Numbered from the stretch's first letter, positions 40,032 to 51,729 are shown. The stretch: DNA of 64,000 bases from Methanotrichaceae archaeon (GCA_963748825.1 CAVVKN010000013.1:1-64000); one strand, 5' to 3'. Numbers and translations are program-made. Notes: generated by a model from the letters alone, not told the origin.

Positions 40032-41036
40032 ATGAATTACAGCATTTTAGATCCAAAAGGACAATCCAATAAGACACATATAGAGATGCTTGTCTCCTCA
40101 ATTCCCATCCCATATTATCTGGGATGGCCTCTCGTGTCGTTTGCTCTTTTATTGATTTCAACTCTAATTTTGATGCTATTTGAAAAAACATTTCAACATA
40201 TAGAAGCGTTCTTGATCATTTCAGTCATAATTGCCTTAGAGGGCACGATTATCAGTTGGGCGCACAATAAAATAGAATCGTTTGAGGATATTCTCATTAG
40301 CGTAGTTGACCTGCCGAAGGAAGCTATAGTTGAAACCTGCCGGAAACAGGAGGCAGACATATTCAACGACAAAGAAATGATTCTTTTTGCAATAATTTTT
40401 ATTCTTTTTGTTCATATTACTGGCATCGATTACCATGCAGTGTCATTCGATTCCAGTATTTCGTTTTTTATTTTTAAATTTACATATTATTTAGCAGTTT
40501 ATCTGGAAGGAGCTGGCTTATATATTTTGATTATGACGGCATTCGCCGTGCATAAAATTGGGGTCTTGCCACTGCGTATTGATGCTTTGTATTCAGACTT
40601 TCACGCTATCGGGCTGCTATATTCGAAGTTCACAATATGCGCAGCAAGCGTCTACGTTATATGGGGCTTTTTCCATATCATCGTACCCCCTCAGTTTTCA
40701 TCCTTGCAGATGATATTATGGTTTCTTAGCTTTGCGTTCTTGCTTTTCGCCTACTTCATCCTGCCCCAGTATAGCATACACAGGATGATGATCTCAACTA
40801 AAAAAGAAAAAATTGAACGGTTCTCATCTCAACTGAGGGCGGCTATGGATGGTTCCTTCGAGGTTCCAACTGACCAGAATATATTGCACTTAAAAGATAT
40901 TTTTATTGTTCAGGACAAGTTAAATCAGATGTGCGAATGGCCTTTTGGCACCAATGAGTTATTATATATAACTTTAATAATTATTATTCCATTTGTTATT
41001 GTCCTATTGGAGATCGCATTAGGGATTATAGAGTAG
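40032..41036 (+). CDS. AT-rich polytopic membrane protein of unknown function
   Basis: About seven hydrophobic segments; visibly lower GC than flanking genes. Confidence 0.75.
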   Translation: MNYSILDPKGQSNKTHIEMLVSSIPIPYYLGWPLVSFALLLISTLILMLFEKTFQHIEAFLIISVIIALEGTIISWAHNKIESFEDILISVVDLPKEAIVETCRKQEADIFNDKEMILFAIIFILFVHITGIDYHAVSFDSSISFFIFKFTYYLAVYLEGAGLYILIMTAFAVHKIGVLPLRIDALYSDFHAIGLLYSKFTICAASVYVIWGFFHIIVPPQFSSLQMILWFLSFAFLLFAYFILPQYSIHRMMISTKKEKIERFSSQLRAAMDGSFEVPTDQNILHLKDIFIVQDKLNQMCEWPFGTNELLYITLIIIIPFVIVLLEIALGIIE

Positions 41037-41082
41037 AGTCTTCATATGATCCTTTGATAAAAATACTTATTAGAGGCATCAA

Positions 41083-44000
41083 TCAATCGAGAAAAGCACG
41101 CTCTAAGGTTACTTTGAGATCCCCGAGATTGATTGGCTTGCATAGATAATCGTCCATGCCTGCCTCAAGACATTTTTCCCTATCGCCTGCAATGGCGTGT
41201 GCCGTCAAAGCCACAATTTTAGGACCGCCTAGTGGCCATCGTCTGCGGATCTCTCTGGTGGCCTGCAGGCCGTCCATCTCAGGCATCTGCACGTCCATCA
41301 GGATCAGGTCGTAGGATTTACTCTCCAGTGCCAAGAGAACCTCAAGGCCGTTTGCCACTTTATCGGCGTTATATCCAAGTTTTTTAAGCATGAGAATGGC
41401 CATCCTTTGGTTGACCATATTGTCCTCGGCCAGGAGAATGGATAGTTCCCTGGTTTGCTTCGGATGATCTTGATGCATGAAGACCGGCAATGCCTTATTA
41501 ACCGGAATGGTTGATTTTTTGGCCTGGATGGTGAAGTAAAATGTGCTTCCCTTGCCTTCCACACTCTCGACCCAGATCCTTCCGCCCATGAGTTCAACCA
41601 GCCTCTTGCTTATGGCCAGACCAAGACCGGTTCCACCATATTTCCGGGAGGTTGATGCATCGGCCTGCGAGAATGGCTGGAAAAGCCTGTCCAACGTTTC
41701 CTGAGATATGCCAATCCCGGTATCTCTTACTGAAAACTGTATCTCGTAGTTGTCATCGGCAAGTTTAGATGCCTTTGCCCTGACCTCTATCTCGCCTTTT
41801 TGTGTAAACTTCACAGCATTGGAGAGCAAGTTGACCAGAACCTGGCGAATCCTTGATTTATCACCGGCAATTACTTCGGATATATCGCCTTCTGCAGTAT
41901 AATGAAGCTCTAAGCCTTTCTCCGAGGCAAGTGTTGAGATGAGTTTTAGTGCTTCCTCTATGCAAGAACTCAGTATAAATGGATGGCATTCCAAATCGAT
42001 CTTCCCACTCTCAATCCTGGAGAAGTCAAGAATGTCGTTGATGATGGAGAGTAGGGCCTTGCCACTGTTTTTGATGGTTTCGAGATATTCCTTTTGCTCC
42101 AAATTCAGGTCGGTCTCCAAAATTAGGCTGGTCATTCCTATGACAGCATTCATAGGTGTTCGGATCTCATGGCTCATATTTGCCAGAAACTCTGATTTAG
42201 CCCTTGCCGCAGCCTCCGCAGCCTCTTTGGCAATCATCAGATCCTCTTCGATATGCTTTCGTTCGGTTATATCCAGAGCAGTCCCTACAACTGCTGGACT
42301 GGACTCATAAGAGGTCATTGATCCAAAGACCAGAATATTAACTAAATCACCTTTCTTGGTGATCCCTATGATCTCATAGTAAAGGGGCCCATTCTCACCG
42401 ACGAGTTTGTCTTGAATACCATCTGCAATTTTTTCCAAGTCATCTGCAGACGCTATGTCTCTGGGGCCCATTTTAGAGATCATTTCCTCAACGCTATATC
42501 CAAACATCTCCGCAAACCTGGGATTGACGTACTTGAATTTCCAGTCCTGGACGATATATACTCCGACAAGAGACTTTTCCGCCAGTACCCGAAACTTATT
42601 CTCTGATTCTTTCAAAGCCAGCTCGGTTCGTTTGCGTTCAGAGATATCCAGAAAGATTCCCCGGAGCCCCACAGTGCGCCCTTCTTTAACTATGGGTATC
42701 GAATAAGCAATAGCCGGAAAAGTGCTGCCATCCTTCTTTTTCAGCCGGTATTCTCTTGCCTGTGCATTTCCCTGCATTGCCAGATTGATGTCCTGGCTCA
42801 CCCTTTCTTTATCCTCCTCAGCCACAATCTGGAGTATGTTCAAGCCCGCCGCAAGATCATCGTGAGTATAGCCAAATACCTGGCTGCCAAAACGGTTGAT
42901 AAATACTAAATTACCCAGAGCGTCCAGCTCAAATGTAGTCTGCGGCAACTGAAGGGAAAGCTCACGGTACTTTTGCTCGCTCTCTTTCAGCTCTTTCTCG
43001 GTTCCGGATTGCTGTCGGATGTTCAGAGCCGAGATGGTGACAAGTCCCAGGACTATGGAAAGAAGCATGGTAGCCAGTGCCAGGACCAGCGAATTATACC
43101 TCTCAAAAATGGAAGGCTGAAAATCGATCACCTCGCTTCCCTGGGGCAGGGACTGCTCGGAAATGCCGAAGCGCTCCAATTGCTCCCGATCAAATTGCGG
43201 TATCGCGGAAAGATTTTGCATTATAGGAGTTTTTTCTCCAGTTAAAACCTTAGCAGCAAGAACGGCTGCATTCTCCCCTAAAACTCGCCCGGATGCAAGT
43301 TTGCCTCCCACAATGCCGTGCCCTAGCTGAAAATCCCAAAGGCCGTAGACAGGCACCCGGCTGTGAGAACTGATCATAGTGGTGGCCTCAGTGGAGTTTA
43401 TTGTTATGCCACTTCCATTCCAGTTAAAAAGGCCGGAGAGAACAAGACTGCTGTTGTCAAGAGCCTCCAATGAAATGAGCAACTGGCTCATATTGCCATC
43501 CTGCGAAACCCGTCGCACCGACAAGCTCAATCCGTCCGTTAGAGAAGGGCTTAATTCGTCCAGCTCATCTCGCAATGAATCCCCTATTTCTGTGTCATCC
43601 AGCACCACAAGAACCTGTTTAGTATGCGGATGAAGTTGTAGCATTGTCTGCAGCGTGCCGGCTATCTCTGTCTTTTGTACTGTGCCGGTGATCTTCTCCT
43701 GGCTGAGGTTCATCGAATTGGTATCGATTTTCGTCCCAGAAAAGATGATAAATGCTTCTGGAAAGAGCTCTTCTCGGTTTTCAATGGCAAAGGCCATCGC
43801 CGGGCTATCGAAAACAACGACCTGATCCAAATTTTTTTTCGAATATTTATAGCGATAGAGATCGAGAAGGTATCTCTGGTATTCCTTCTCAGGATATTGC
43901 ATGCAGTCCATGTACTCGATCATGGGATCAGGAGAACCTGGAACTTCTCTGTGGTAGACCTGCATGAAGCCCTCCATCTCATCATGCACCCAGGGATGGT

Positions 44001-44145
44001 CCTTTGAGTAGGAGTTAAGGATAAGAATCTGGGGCCGACCATCCTCAGCTTCCGCTGATATAGTCCCAAGATCTGCCAGGATCAGCAGGCATAGGGCTAA
44101 GCAAAGGCCTACGGATGGCCCTCTGTGATATTTGCAAGCCGGCAT
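41083..44145 (-). CDS. Hybrid sensor histidine kinase (extracellular solute-binding-like sensor, TM, two PAS, HisKA, HATPase, receiver)
   Basis: ILILNSY..., [42 protein letters not shown]. Confidence 0.93.
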   Translation of the reverse strand: MPACKYHRGPSVGLCLALCLLILADLGTISAEAEDGRPQILILNSYSKDHPWVHDEMEGFMQVYHREVPGSPDPMIEYMDCMQYPEKEYQRYLLDLYRYKYSKKNLDQVVVFDSPAMAFAIENREELFPEAFIIFSGTKIDTNSMNLSQEKITGTVQKTEIAGTLQTMLQLHPHTKQVLVVLDDTEIGDSLRDELDELSPSLTDGLSLSVRRVSQDGNMSQLLISLEALDNSSLVLSGLFNWNGSGITINSTEATTMISSHSRVPVYGLWDFQLGHGIVGGKLASGRVLGENAAVLAAKVLTGEKTPIMQNLSAIPQFDREQLERFGISEQSLPQGSEVIDFQPSIFERYNSLVLALATMLLSIVLGLVTISALNIRQQSGTEKELKESEQKYRELSLQLPQTTFELDALGNLVFINRFGSQVFGYTHDDLAAGLNILQIVAEEDKERVSQDINLAMQGNAQAREYRLKKKDGSTFPAIAYSIPIVKEGRTVGLRGIFLDISERKRTELALKESENKFRVLAEKSLVGVYIVQDWKFKYVNPRFAEMFGYSVEEMISKMGPRDIASADDLEKIADGIQDKLVGENGPLYYEIIGITKKGDLVNILVFGSMTSYESSPAVVGTALDITERKHIEEDLMIAKEAAEAAARAKSEFLANMSHEIRTPMNAVIGMTSLILETDLNLEQKEYLETIKNSGKALLSIINDILDFSRIESGKIDLECHPFILSSCIEEALKLISTLASEKGLELHYTAEGDISEVIAGDKSRIRQVLVNLLSNAVKFTQKGEIEVRAKASKLADDNYEIQFSVRDTGIGISQETLDRLFQPFSQADASTSRKYGGTGLGLAISKRLVELMGGRIWVESVEGKGSTFYFTIQAKKSTIPVNKALPVFMHQDHPKQTRELSILLAEDNMVNQRMAILMLKKLGYNADKVANGLEVLLALESKSYDLILMDVQMPEMDGLQATREIRRRWPLGGPKIVALTAHAIAGDREKCLEAGMDDYLCKPINLGDLKVTLERAFLD

Positions 44146-44444
44146 TTATTGCACCCCCCAAATTCCTGCTGTGTGTGTGGCTATCGTGATTTCTCCTCTC
44201 GGGCAGAAGGCAAAAGGCCCTTAAATTAAATTGGTCTAACTATAAAAGACTCTCTTTAAGGGACGAGAAATCATAATCAACCATCTGAATAGCAAGAGAA
44301 ATCGAGTGTATCTTTCGGAAGGCCGCTTCTTTCACAAGGATGCATCTGCAGCAGCAGACATTGCGACGGACAATCGCATCTTGACGCAGCAAAAAATAAT
44401 AATACCAGTATGTCCGCATCATGCTTGGTGATCTTTTCTTGAGC

Positions 44445-45454
44445 ATGTGTGAATCGAAAACCATCTGGTGGGACGACGGCCTGTGGCTGATCGATCAGAC
44501 CCGGCTTCCCGCCGAGCTATTGCCCCTCCGCATAAAAAGCGTCCGGCAGCTCATCGAAGCCATCAAGACCCTGCGCGTGCGCGGCGCGCCTGCTCTCGGG
44601 GCCGCCGGAGCCTATGGGATAGCGCTGGCAGCCGAGCTCTCCGGGGCTTCCAATGCCTTGGAGTTGATGGGTGAGCTGGAGAATGCCGCAGATATGATCA
44701 AGGGCTCGCGCCCCACAGCCATCAACCTATCCTGGGGCGTGGATAGAGCGATGCGAGCGGCGGCCTTTCAGGAGACGGCAGAAGAGATTCGTGTTGCGGC
44801 TCTTCGTGAGGCGGAGGAGATCGCCGAGGAGGATATCCGCATCAATAAGCTCCTTGGAAAGAATGGAGCTAAGCTTCTAGATGACGGCGATAATGTCCTC
44901 ACCCACTGTAATGCCGGAAGGCTTGCCTGCGTGGGCTGGGGTACGGCTTTGGGGGTCATCCGCTCAGCAGTTGCCGCAGGAAAGCACATCCATGTCTATG
45001 CCTGCGAGACCCGGCCTTTGCACCAGGGCTCGCGCCTGACTGCCTGGGAGTTGGCCCAGGACGAAATTCCGGTTACGCTCATCTGCGACAGCATGTCCGG
45101 CAGCCTGATGAGGAAGGGCAAAATCGATAAGGTCATCGTGGGTGCCGATCGCATCACCAGGGATGCCGTCTTCAACAAGATCGGAACCTACAGCCACGCT
45201 GTTTTGGCCAGGTATCATAAGATCCCCTTCTATGTGGCCGCGCCGCTCTCCACCTTCGATCGCCTGCATAGTGAAGAGGACATCGTCGTGGAGGAGCGAG
45301 ATGCGAGGAGGTATGCAGCATGGCGGGCGTGCAACTCGCGCCCCAGGGCATCGACGTTTACAATCCGGCCTTCGATGCCACGCCTCTGGAGCTGATATCC
45401 GGCCTGATCACGGAGAAGGGAGTCTTCCGCCTGCCACTTATGCCGCCGATCTGA
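44445..45454 (+). CDS. mtnA: Methylthioribose-1-phosphate isomerase, frameshifted near 45304
   Basis: VRGAPA, RPTAINL, THCNAG, ETRP.HQG, NKIGTY; C-terminus [10 protein letters not shown]...ITEKG in another frame. Confidence 0.9.
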
Positions 45455-45487
45455 AAAGCATTTTAAGAGGGAGGGCCAAATGCTCTT

Positions 45488-46243
45488 ATGAATCCTGATC
45501 TGGCCGTCATCGGCGGCGTGGGCTTCGCCCTGGAAGGGCTGGATGACGAGGTGGAGACGCCCTATGGCAGAGTTCCCATTGTTCGTTCCAGGATGAAGGG
45601 ACAGAAGATTGTCTTCATCTCCCGCCATGGAGACCGCCACCTTCCTCCCCACAAAGTCAACTACCGGGCCATCGTCTCCGCCGCCAGGATATCGGGCGTC
45701 GGCGCGATCATCTCCACCAACACCGTGGGCAGCATGGCCGGGCACTCCCTGGGCAGCATCTTTTTGCCGGGCGACTTTGTGGAGTTCACCAAATGCCGGC
45801 CCAATACCTTCTTTGAAGAAAAGGCCGTTCACGTGGATATGAGCCGGCCGTATTGTCCAGTGCTTCGCAATTCTCTGGCCGAGGCGGCCCGCTCGCTTGG
45901 CCAGCAGGTCGCAGAGGGCGTCTACGTCTGTGCCGAAGGCCCGCATCTGGAGTCGCCCGCCCAGATCAGAATGATGCGCCAGTTCGGGGATGTAGTGGGC
46001 ATGACCGGCTATCCCGAGGTAGTCTTGGCCAGGGAGGCGGCGCTTTGTTATGCGTCGCTGTGCATCATCACCAATCCCGCCGCCGGAATGGCGGGCGCAA
46101 GCGACCTCGCTATCTCTGAGATCGCCGATATGATGAATAAGTGCCGGGAGACTGTTCGGGAGATAATCTATCATGCGGCGCAAAATATTCCTGATCAGCG
46201 GTCATGCGGCTGCAAAGATGCCCTTTCCGGTGCCGCTATCTAG
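45488..46243 (+). CDS. mtnP: Methylthioadenosine/purine nucleoside phosphorylase
   Basis: TPYG, RHG.H.PPHKVNYRA, HVDMS.PYC, EGP, VGMT..PE..LARE. Confidence 0.9.
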   Translation: MNPDLAVIGGVGFALEGLDDEVETPYGRVPIVRSRMKGQKIVFISRHGDRHLPPHKVNYRAIVSAARISGVGAIISTNTVGSMAGHSLGSIFLPGDFVEFTKCRPNTFFEEKAVHVDMSRPYCPVLRNSLAEAARSLGQQVAEGVYVCAEGPHLESPAQIRMMRQFGDVVGMTGYPEVVLAREAALCYASLCIITNPAAGMAGASDLAISEIADMMNKCRETVREIIYHAAQNIPDQRSCGCKDALSGAAI

Positions 46244-46289
46244 CTCATCTCTGTCTTGATAGAGACTGTTTGTGTGGGTGATAATAACC

Positions 46290-47072
46290 ATGCCTGAACT
46301 TCCTGAGGTGGAGATGGCTCGCAGGTATTTGGAGGCCACGGCGCGCCACCAGACCATCCGGGCTGCCGAGGTCAAGGACGGGCGCATCCTGGCCAAAGTA
46401 TCGGCAAAAGATCTGGAGGATGCCCTTGTCGGGAAGCAGTTTCACTGTGCCTTGCGGCATGGAAAGAGGCTCTTTTTGAAGCTGCACAATTCGCTCTGGC
46501 TGGCGCTTCATCTGGGCCTCACGGGAAGTCTAATCTATCTGGAAAGCGGGGCAAAGGAGCCCCGTCACACCCGCCTGCTGATATCGTTCGAAAACGGCAA
46601 TAGCCTGGCCTTCGATGATCCCAGGATCTTCGGCGAGGTGGGCCTCGCAAAAAGTCCCGAAGCTTTTTTAGTGGAGCGAAAGATCGGACCGGATGCCCTG
46701 CAACTTGACCGGGAGGGCTTTTTAAAGATCATGAGCGGCAGAAAAGGCCTGATCAAACCCGCCCTGCTCAATCAGAGTCTTATCGCGGGCCTGGGCAATC
46801 TTTATGCGGATGAGGCTCTTTTTCAGGCAGGCATCTGTCCAAAAACTCGCGGCCTGGACAGTGTGCAGCTTGCGGTCCTCTTTTCATCTATTCAGGAGGT
46901 TTTGAGGACAGCTCTTTCCACTCATGCCGATCTAGAAAAGCTGCCCGATTCCTATCTCCTGCTCCACCGCCATCCAGGAGGTACGTGCCCTCGGGACGGT
47001 GCTCTTCTCTGCCGCGAGAAGATCGGTGGGCGGACCAGCTATTTTTGCCAGGAGCATCAGAAAAAAGTATAA
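46290..47072 (+). CDS. mutM: Fpg/Nei family DNA glycosylase
   Basis: MPELPEVE, RHGK, HLG, DPRIFG, GLGNLYADE, C-terminal CP..GRTSYFC finger. Confidence 0.9.
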   Translation: MPELPEVEMARRYLEATARHQTIRAAEVKDGRILAKVSAKDLEDALVGKQFHCALRHGKRLFLKLHNSLWLALHLGLTGSLIYLESGAKEPRHTRLLISFENGNSLAFDDPRIFGEVGLAKSPEAFLVERKIGPDALQLDREGFLKIMSGRKGLIKPALLNQSLIAGLGNLYADEALFQAGICPKTRGLDSVQLAVLFSSIQEVLRTALSTHADLEKLPDSYLLLHRHPGGTCPRDGALLCREKIGGRTSYFCQEHQKKV

Positions 47073-47346
47073 CATTTGCATTTGGCGCGATTGGGGCTAC
47101 ACATTGGGCACAAATTTATCAACCACAATGCAGCGAATTGCCGTATTGGTGAACCATCATGCATTGCCTGCGATCGCGCCCGCTTTTGTCGGGGCCGATT
47201 CTCCGAATGTGCCCCTGCTCAGGCAGTTTGGCAATCTGCTTTTTTGCCCGAAAAAAAAATGAAAGAAAGTTAAGAATAAATAGTACGAAACAAGTAAGAG
47301 TCATGTCCAGCAGCTTCTTTAAAATCACAGCTGCCGACGAGGAGGG

Positions 47347-47745
47347 ATGGAGATTAAGGAAGCAGGAGAAGTTTTTTGCAATGTGATCGATCGGTCGGTG
47401 CTGGCCAGCCTCCGAGAGCTGCAAGATGAGGGTGATCCAGATATCATCGCCGAAGTGGGCGGTCTTTTCATCAAGCATTCGCCTGAGAAGGTAAATGCCA
47501 TTATGCAGTCTGTGGAAAACGGGGACGCCAAGGGGCTGCAGATAGCTGCCCATAGCCTGAAGTCCAGCAGCGCTTACGTAGGTGCGATGCACCTTTCGGC
47601 CTTGGCCAAGGAACTGGAGCTGATGGGGCGGTCCGATTCACTGGAGGGAGCAAGGGAGTTGGCGCAAAGGCTGAAGACGGAGTTTATGCAGGTCACGACT
47701 GCTCTTGAAGCGGAGATCAATGAGCAAGGCAAAGACGGTTTGTGA
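47347..47745 (+). CDS. Stand-alone Hpt phosphotransfer protein
   Basis: AHSLKSSSA.VGA..L. Confidence 0.9.
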   Translation: MEIKEAGEVFCNVIDRSVLASLRELQDEGDPDIIAEVGGLFIKHSPEKVNAIMQSVENGDAKGLQIAAHSLKSSSAYVGAMHLSALAKELELMGRSDSLEGARELAQRLKTEFMQVTTALEAEINEQGKDGL

Positions 47746-48403
47746 TCGCGTTTATGCTGTAGGTGGATCAGGCCTCTCCGCGCCCGAAGATGCATTCGTC
47801 TATCTGGTGGATGCAGGATCCGAGCTGGTGCTGATCGATTCCGGAGTAGGCTACGGGATCAGTAGAATTGAGGACAATATCCGGTCGCTGGGCTTTGAGC
47901 CCGCCGGTGTCTGGCATATAATTGCCACCCACTGCCATATCGATCATATCGGGGGCCTTTTCGCTTGGAAGGAGCGCTACGGTTCTAAGATAATTGCCCA
48001 CGAGCAGGACCGGGCGGGAATTGAGGGCGAGAACAACGAGCTTACTGCGGCTAGCATGTACGGTGTGGACTACAAACCGGTCAAAGTGGACACGCTCCTC
48101 AAGGGAGAGGCGGAAAAGCTTACCATTGGTGATTTGGAATTTAATTTTCTGCACACGCCTGGGCACACGCCCGGCAGCATCTGCGTTTACATCGATACTA
48201 AGGACGGGCGGGTCTTATTCGGGCAGGACATTCACGGGCCGTTCTCGCCTGCCTGGGGCTCGGATCTGAAGAAGTGGCGCGTTTCCATGCAAAAGCTGAT
48301 CGCGCTGAAAGCGGATGTGCTCTGCGAGGGGCATGCAGGCATTTACCGGGGCGAGAAGGTCGGGAAGTACATAGAGTCGTATTTGAAGAGATACGAGTCT
48401 TGA
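47720..48403 (+). CDS. Metallo-beta-lactamase fold hydrolase
   Basis: THCHIDHIGG, TPGHTPG, GQD, EGH. Confidence 0.92.
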   Translation: MSKAKTVCDRVYAVGGSGLSAPEDAFVYLVDAGSELVLIDSGVGYGISRIEDNIRSLGFEPAGVWHIIATHCHIDHIGGLFAWKERYGSKIIAHEQDRAGIEGENNELTAASMYGVDYKPVKVDTLLKGEAEKLTIGDLEFNFLHTPGHTPGSICVYIDTKDGRVLFGQDIHGPFSPAWGSDLKKWRVSMQKLIALKADVLCEGHAGIYRGEKVGKYIESYLKRYES

Positions 48404-48432
48404 AATATTTAACATCCGTCTGAATTGTTGAG

Positions 48433-48681
48433 GTGATGCATATAACCAGCAAGTCATGGATCATAATATTTGCAGTGGTACTGATTGCAGGAGCAATATT
48501 TTTTTCCGATGGTCCAAAATCATCTACATCCAGAGATAGCTTTAGTTCGGCAGGCATTCCCGAGGACTATTATTTCAGCCAGCAGGCTGCCGACATAGAC
48601 AGCCCCATTGAACTGGTTCGTTTTGCCACCAGCATCAAGCCGGATGCAAGCAGCCTGGACATCCCAATGAAAGCTGCCTAG
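48433..48681 (+). pseudogene. Short exported-protein ORF, probably truncated by the convergent AT-rich gene
   Basis: N-terminal TM; 3' end overlaps the opposite-strand ORF 48635-50011. Confidence 0.4.
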
Positions 48682-50011
48682 GATCATTGAAATAAACCTG
48701 GACTTCTGTAGAGTTCAGTCCAGCCGTAAAGAATGCTTTTCTGAATTCGCGATAGTAATCCGGATACTTCTGGAGATGGTGAACGTCATCGAATACCGCT
48801 AATCTTGAATGAGGATACGAGTTGCTGACCCAGTGCCCCATTTGGTCTGCAAAATCCTGATCCGCAGTTCCCGACCACACCATTACCTCTCCGCTGTAGC
48901 GCGAGCGGTTCAACGCGAATCGCATTATCTGGATTTTTCCTTCATCATGGGCTTTCATAAAATCTGCAAGAAAAACTTTTGCCCACTCGTATCCCAGACA
49001 GACCTCTTGTGCACAAGCTGGATGGTAGTTCTCTATATCCACACCCATCAATTCATATATGCGTACTTTAACTTCCAGCTCCCCTGGTGCATCAAGGAGC
49101 AAGTGCATCAATGAGAAATTATAGGTGGGTGTGAGCCAGTTTTTTAGATATGTGAATTTATCTCCTAATGCAAACATATCCGTCTTGCTGTTAATTATTC
49201 TTTTTTGTAAATTAAAATCGCCCTCCAGGCCAATCTTAAACAGCATGAATGCCAAGGATGCAGTCGCATCTCCTTTTTGAGATAATGCAAAGTAAGAGTT
49301 CGCTACACTCGGGTTTGATTCGTATGTATATTTCATAAAAGTTGTATTATGCTCTCTCGCCAGATCCGGGCCACCGCTCGACTCAATCAGCGCACGGGAT
49401 ACATGGTCTCCATATTTGTCCAAATATTGCTGCACTAAAACTCCGCCGCCTGAGACACCATAGACCATGATTTTGCCGTCTTTCGGCAGCAAACCCTTCC
49501 TTTGCATGTCCTGTCGTACAGCTTCGATATCGTCTATCTGTTCGTTTGAGCCATAGAGTTTTAGCGCCAATGGATAATTTACTGAGCGGTCTTTGTTGAA
49601 TACCTCTGGAAATAATGTAGGACTTACGCCGCGATTTCCTATGAGCACGTAAGATAGTCCGCCTATATTTTCATCGAAATATTCAAAATCCTTCGGAGAG
49701 TTAATCATTCCGACCATTTCTTGTTGGTTATCACAGAGCCAAAAGACCACATTGTCGCCAGTTTTGAATTTGGGATTCAAAAGGTAAAAATCTGTAAAGT
49801 TGCCGAGAGAATGATCCTGATGATCGATGGGGATCTGTATGTAACGATGATTTTCATCCGGCGGCATCTCGGGATAGTAGCTGCCTGCGGCTAGACGAGT
49901 GGTCGGCACCGCATTAAACGCCTGATATTCATGCCAGCCATAAATTCCACCAGCGACGAAAATTACAAAAAGCAAAATGATGGGTATTTTCCTGTTCATA
50001 TTCCAGTTCAT
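48635..50011 (-). CDS. Exported alpha/beta hydrolase (proline iminopeptidase-like), AT-rich
   Basis: N-terminal TM; IPIDH, NRGV, YGVSGGG nucleophile elbow, GTADQ, DDVHH. Confidence 0.75.
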   Translation of the reverse strand: MNWNMNRKIPIILLFVIFVAGGIYGWHEYQAFNAVPTTRLAAGSYYPEMPPDENHRYIQIPIDHQDHSLGNFTDFYLLNPKFKTGDNVVFWLCDNQQEMVGMINSPKDFEYFDENIGGLSYVLIGNRGVSPTLFPEVFNKDRSVNYPLALKLYGSNEQIDDIEAVRQDMQRKGLLPKDGKIMVYGVSGGGVLVQQYLDKYGDHVSRALIESSGGPDLAREHNTTFMKYTYESNPSVANSYFALSQKGDATASLAFMLFKIGLEGDFNLQKRIINSKTDMFALGDKFTYLKNWLTPTYNFSLMHLLLDAPGELEVKVRIYELMGVDIENYHPACAQEVCLGYEWAKVFLADFMKAHDEGKIQIMRFALNRSRYSGEVMVWSGTADQDFADQMGHWVSNSYPHSRLAVFDDVHHLQKYPDYYREFRKAFFTAGLNSTEVQVYFNDPRQLSLGCPGCLHPA

Positions 50012-50097
50012 ATTTTAAAAAACCTCGAAAACGGCAATTGTGACATAAAGATCCACAGTTGGCACCAAGCGTTGAGCCAATAATAATATTGTGGTGG

Positions 50098-50676
50098 TCA
50101 ATTGGATTCTTTGTTCGCATGCAAAGCCGCTCGCGCCACAAGCCTCGCCACTCGCACAGGTTCGGGGATGCGACCATCCAGGATGAACTTGTTGAGCAAA
50201 ACCCTGGCATCCTCGGTGGACAGGCCGAGCACCCGCACATAAACCTCAAATCCGGTTCTGAGCCGCACGCTCACGCGCGCGCTCAGGTGTACGTAGCGGC
50301 GAAGCTTCTCCGCTGGGTTTGGGAAATACTCGCGAATGTATTTTTCCAGGCCGGGAGATTCCTCGTAAGTCAGGCAGATCAATGGCCGTTCTGTCTTTTC
50401 GAAGACCTCCTGCAGATCGATGATGTTAAACCAGCTTAAGGCCGCGCCGCTGAGCAGAAGGGCGTTGATATCCGCCCTGTCCAGTTGCCGGTAAAGGTTG
50501 AGCACGGCCTCTGTGCCATCGTCGCCACCCACGGTGGCATGGGCATAGGCCAGGCCGTCCACGCGCAGGTCGGCGCGCATGACCACGCCTGCCAAAATGC
50601 TGGTGGAGCGAGAGCGTACAAAGCTCTCCGCAATCCCTAAAACTCGCAGAGCAGGCTTGTTGAGATGAAGGGACAT
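50098..50676 (-). CDS. DUF99 / UPF0215 (endonuclease V-like fold) protein
   Basis: RVLGIAESF, GVVMRAD..VDG, WFNIID, PEPVRVA. Confidence 0.85.
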   Translation of the reverse strand: MSLHLNKPALRVLGIAESFVRSRSTSILAGVVMRADLRVDGLAYAHATVGGDDGTEAVLNLYRQLDRADINALLLSGAALSWFNIIDLQEVFEKTERPLICLTYEESPGLEKYIREYFPNPAEKLRRYVHLSARVSVRLRTGFEVYVRVLGLSTEDARVLLNKFILDGRIPEPVRVARLVARAALHANKESN

Positions 50677-50678
50677 GG

Positions 50679-50987
50679 CTATTCTACCTTTATCCTGGCA
50701 GTTCCTCGCGCTTTTTCCAGGACATCTCTCAGGGGTGCAGCCAGCTCAAAAATGGCCTCGATGGTCATCGGCTCTCCATCAAAGGATACTGCATATTGTC
50801 CTGTCGGCTCTATGATGAGCATGGCCTGTGGGGTGATCTGGATTGCCTGGACCCTGTCCTCACAGGTCTTTAGAATTGAGATTCTCATCACGGGCCAGAT
50901 GGTTCTATTGCCCGCTACTATCTCCTTGCCCACGAAAATCCGCATATCCATCTCGGGGAGCCTGATATTCTCCGGAGTCATGACCAC
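50679..50987 (-). CDS. Small hypothetical protein, GerW/YtfJ-like
   Basis: VGKEI..GNRTIWPV and ITPQAMLII resemble YtfJ strands; coupled to the DUF2953 gene. Confidence 0.55.
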   Translation of the reverse strand: MVMTPENIRLPEMDMRIFVGKEIVAGNRTIWPVMRISILKTCEDRVQAIQITPQAMLIIEPTGQYAVSFDGEPMTIEAIFELAAPLRDVLEKARGTARIKVE

Positions 50988-51707
50988 CCCAGCACCTCTC
51001 TCAAGAGCAATCTAATCTCTCTCTCCCGCAGTCCCTGGATCACGGCAAAGACGGCCCACCACAGTCTAACCTCGATCTCAGCTACGAGTTCCCCCTCCAG
51101 CCGCTCTCCCTCAAACCAGGGCTCAATGAAGATCTTTGATTGAATGAGGCCGAGCACTGATGCCAAAGACCAGAGGTAGCCGCTGATAATAGCCGTTTGG
51201 GCGGGATCGTCCAGGCCAAAGCATAAGCGGCAGGAGATCTTCTTAAAGAGGATAGTCTTGGTCAGATCCAGGAGGATATTTGCCAGGGCGGGAGCGGCAT
51301 TGATCAGAGATTGAATTTTTGGAGACCGCACGACACCCGCCTTCTGATTGTCCTCTGAATTGTCGATTTCGCTTCTTTCCTCTAGCTTTGCCTCTCTTCC
51401 CACCTCCTTTTTGCTTTCCTCGCCTTTTACTTCTTGCTCTCTGTCCTTTGCCTCTTGGTCGATCTTTTCATCTCGCTCTTCTTTTCCAGCTTCCTCTTTC
51501 CAGACGGATGCCAGCAAATCGCCGGCTGATTGGGGGGAAATCTCCTCCTTCTTTAAAGTCAGCCCAAGCCAGGCCAGCTTAATACTACCCTCTACCAGTG
51601 GTCCCTTCTTGCCGATATTAAGGGCGAGATTAAAAGGAGCGAGGAGAAGAAGAGCTAAAGGAATGATAAAAAGCAAGAAAAATACGGCTAGATAAGAAAA
51701 CTGCATC
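50978..51707 (-). CDS. DUF2953 (YtfI-like) membrane-anchored protein
   Basis: N-terminal TM; FGLDDPAQTAI.SG motif. Confidence 0.8.
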
Positions 51708-51729
51708 CTTTGAAGCCTCAAGCCTGCTG

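Noticed and set aside
47080-47260. Possible structured RNA between mutM and the Hpt gene
   Set aside because: Only weak, interrupted pairing (TGCCTG/CAGGCA); insufficient support.
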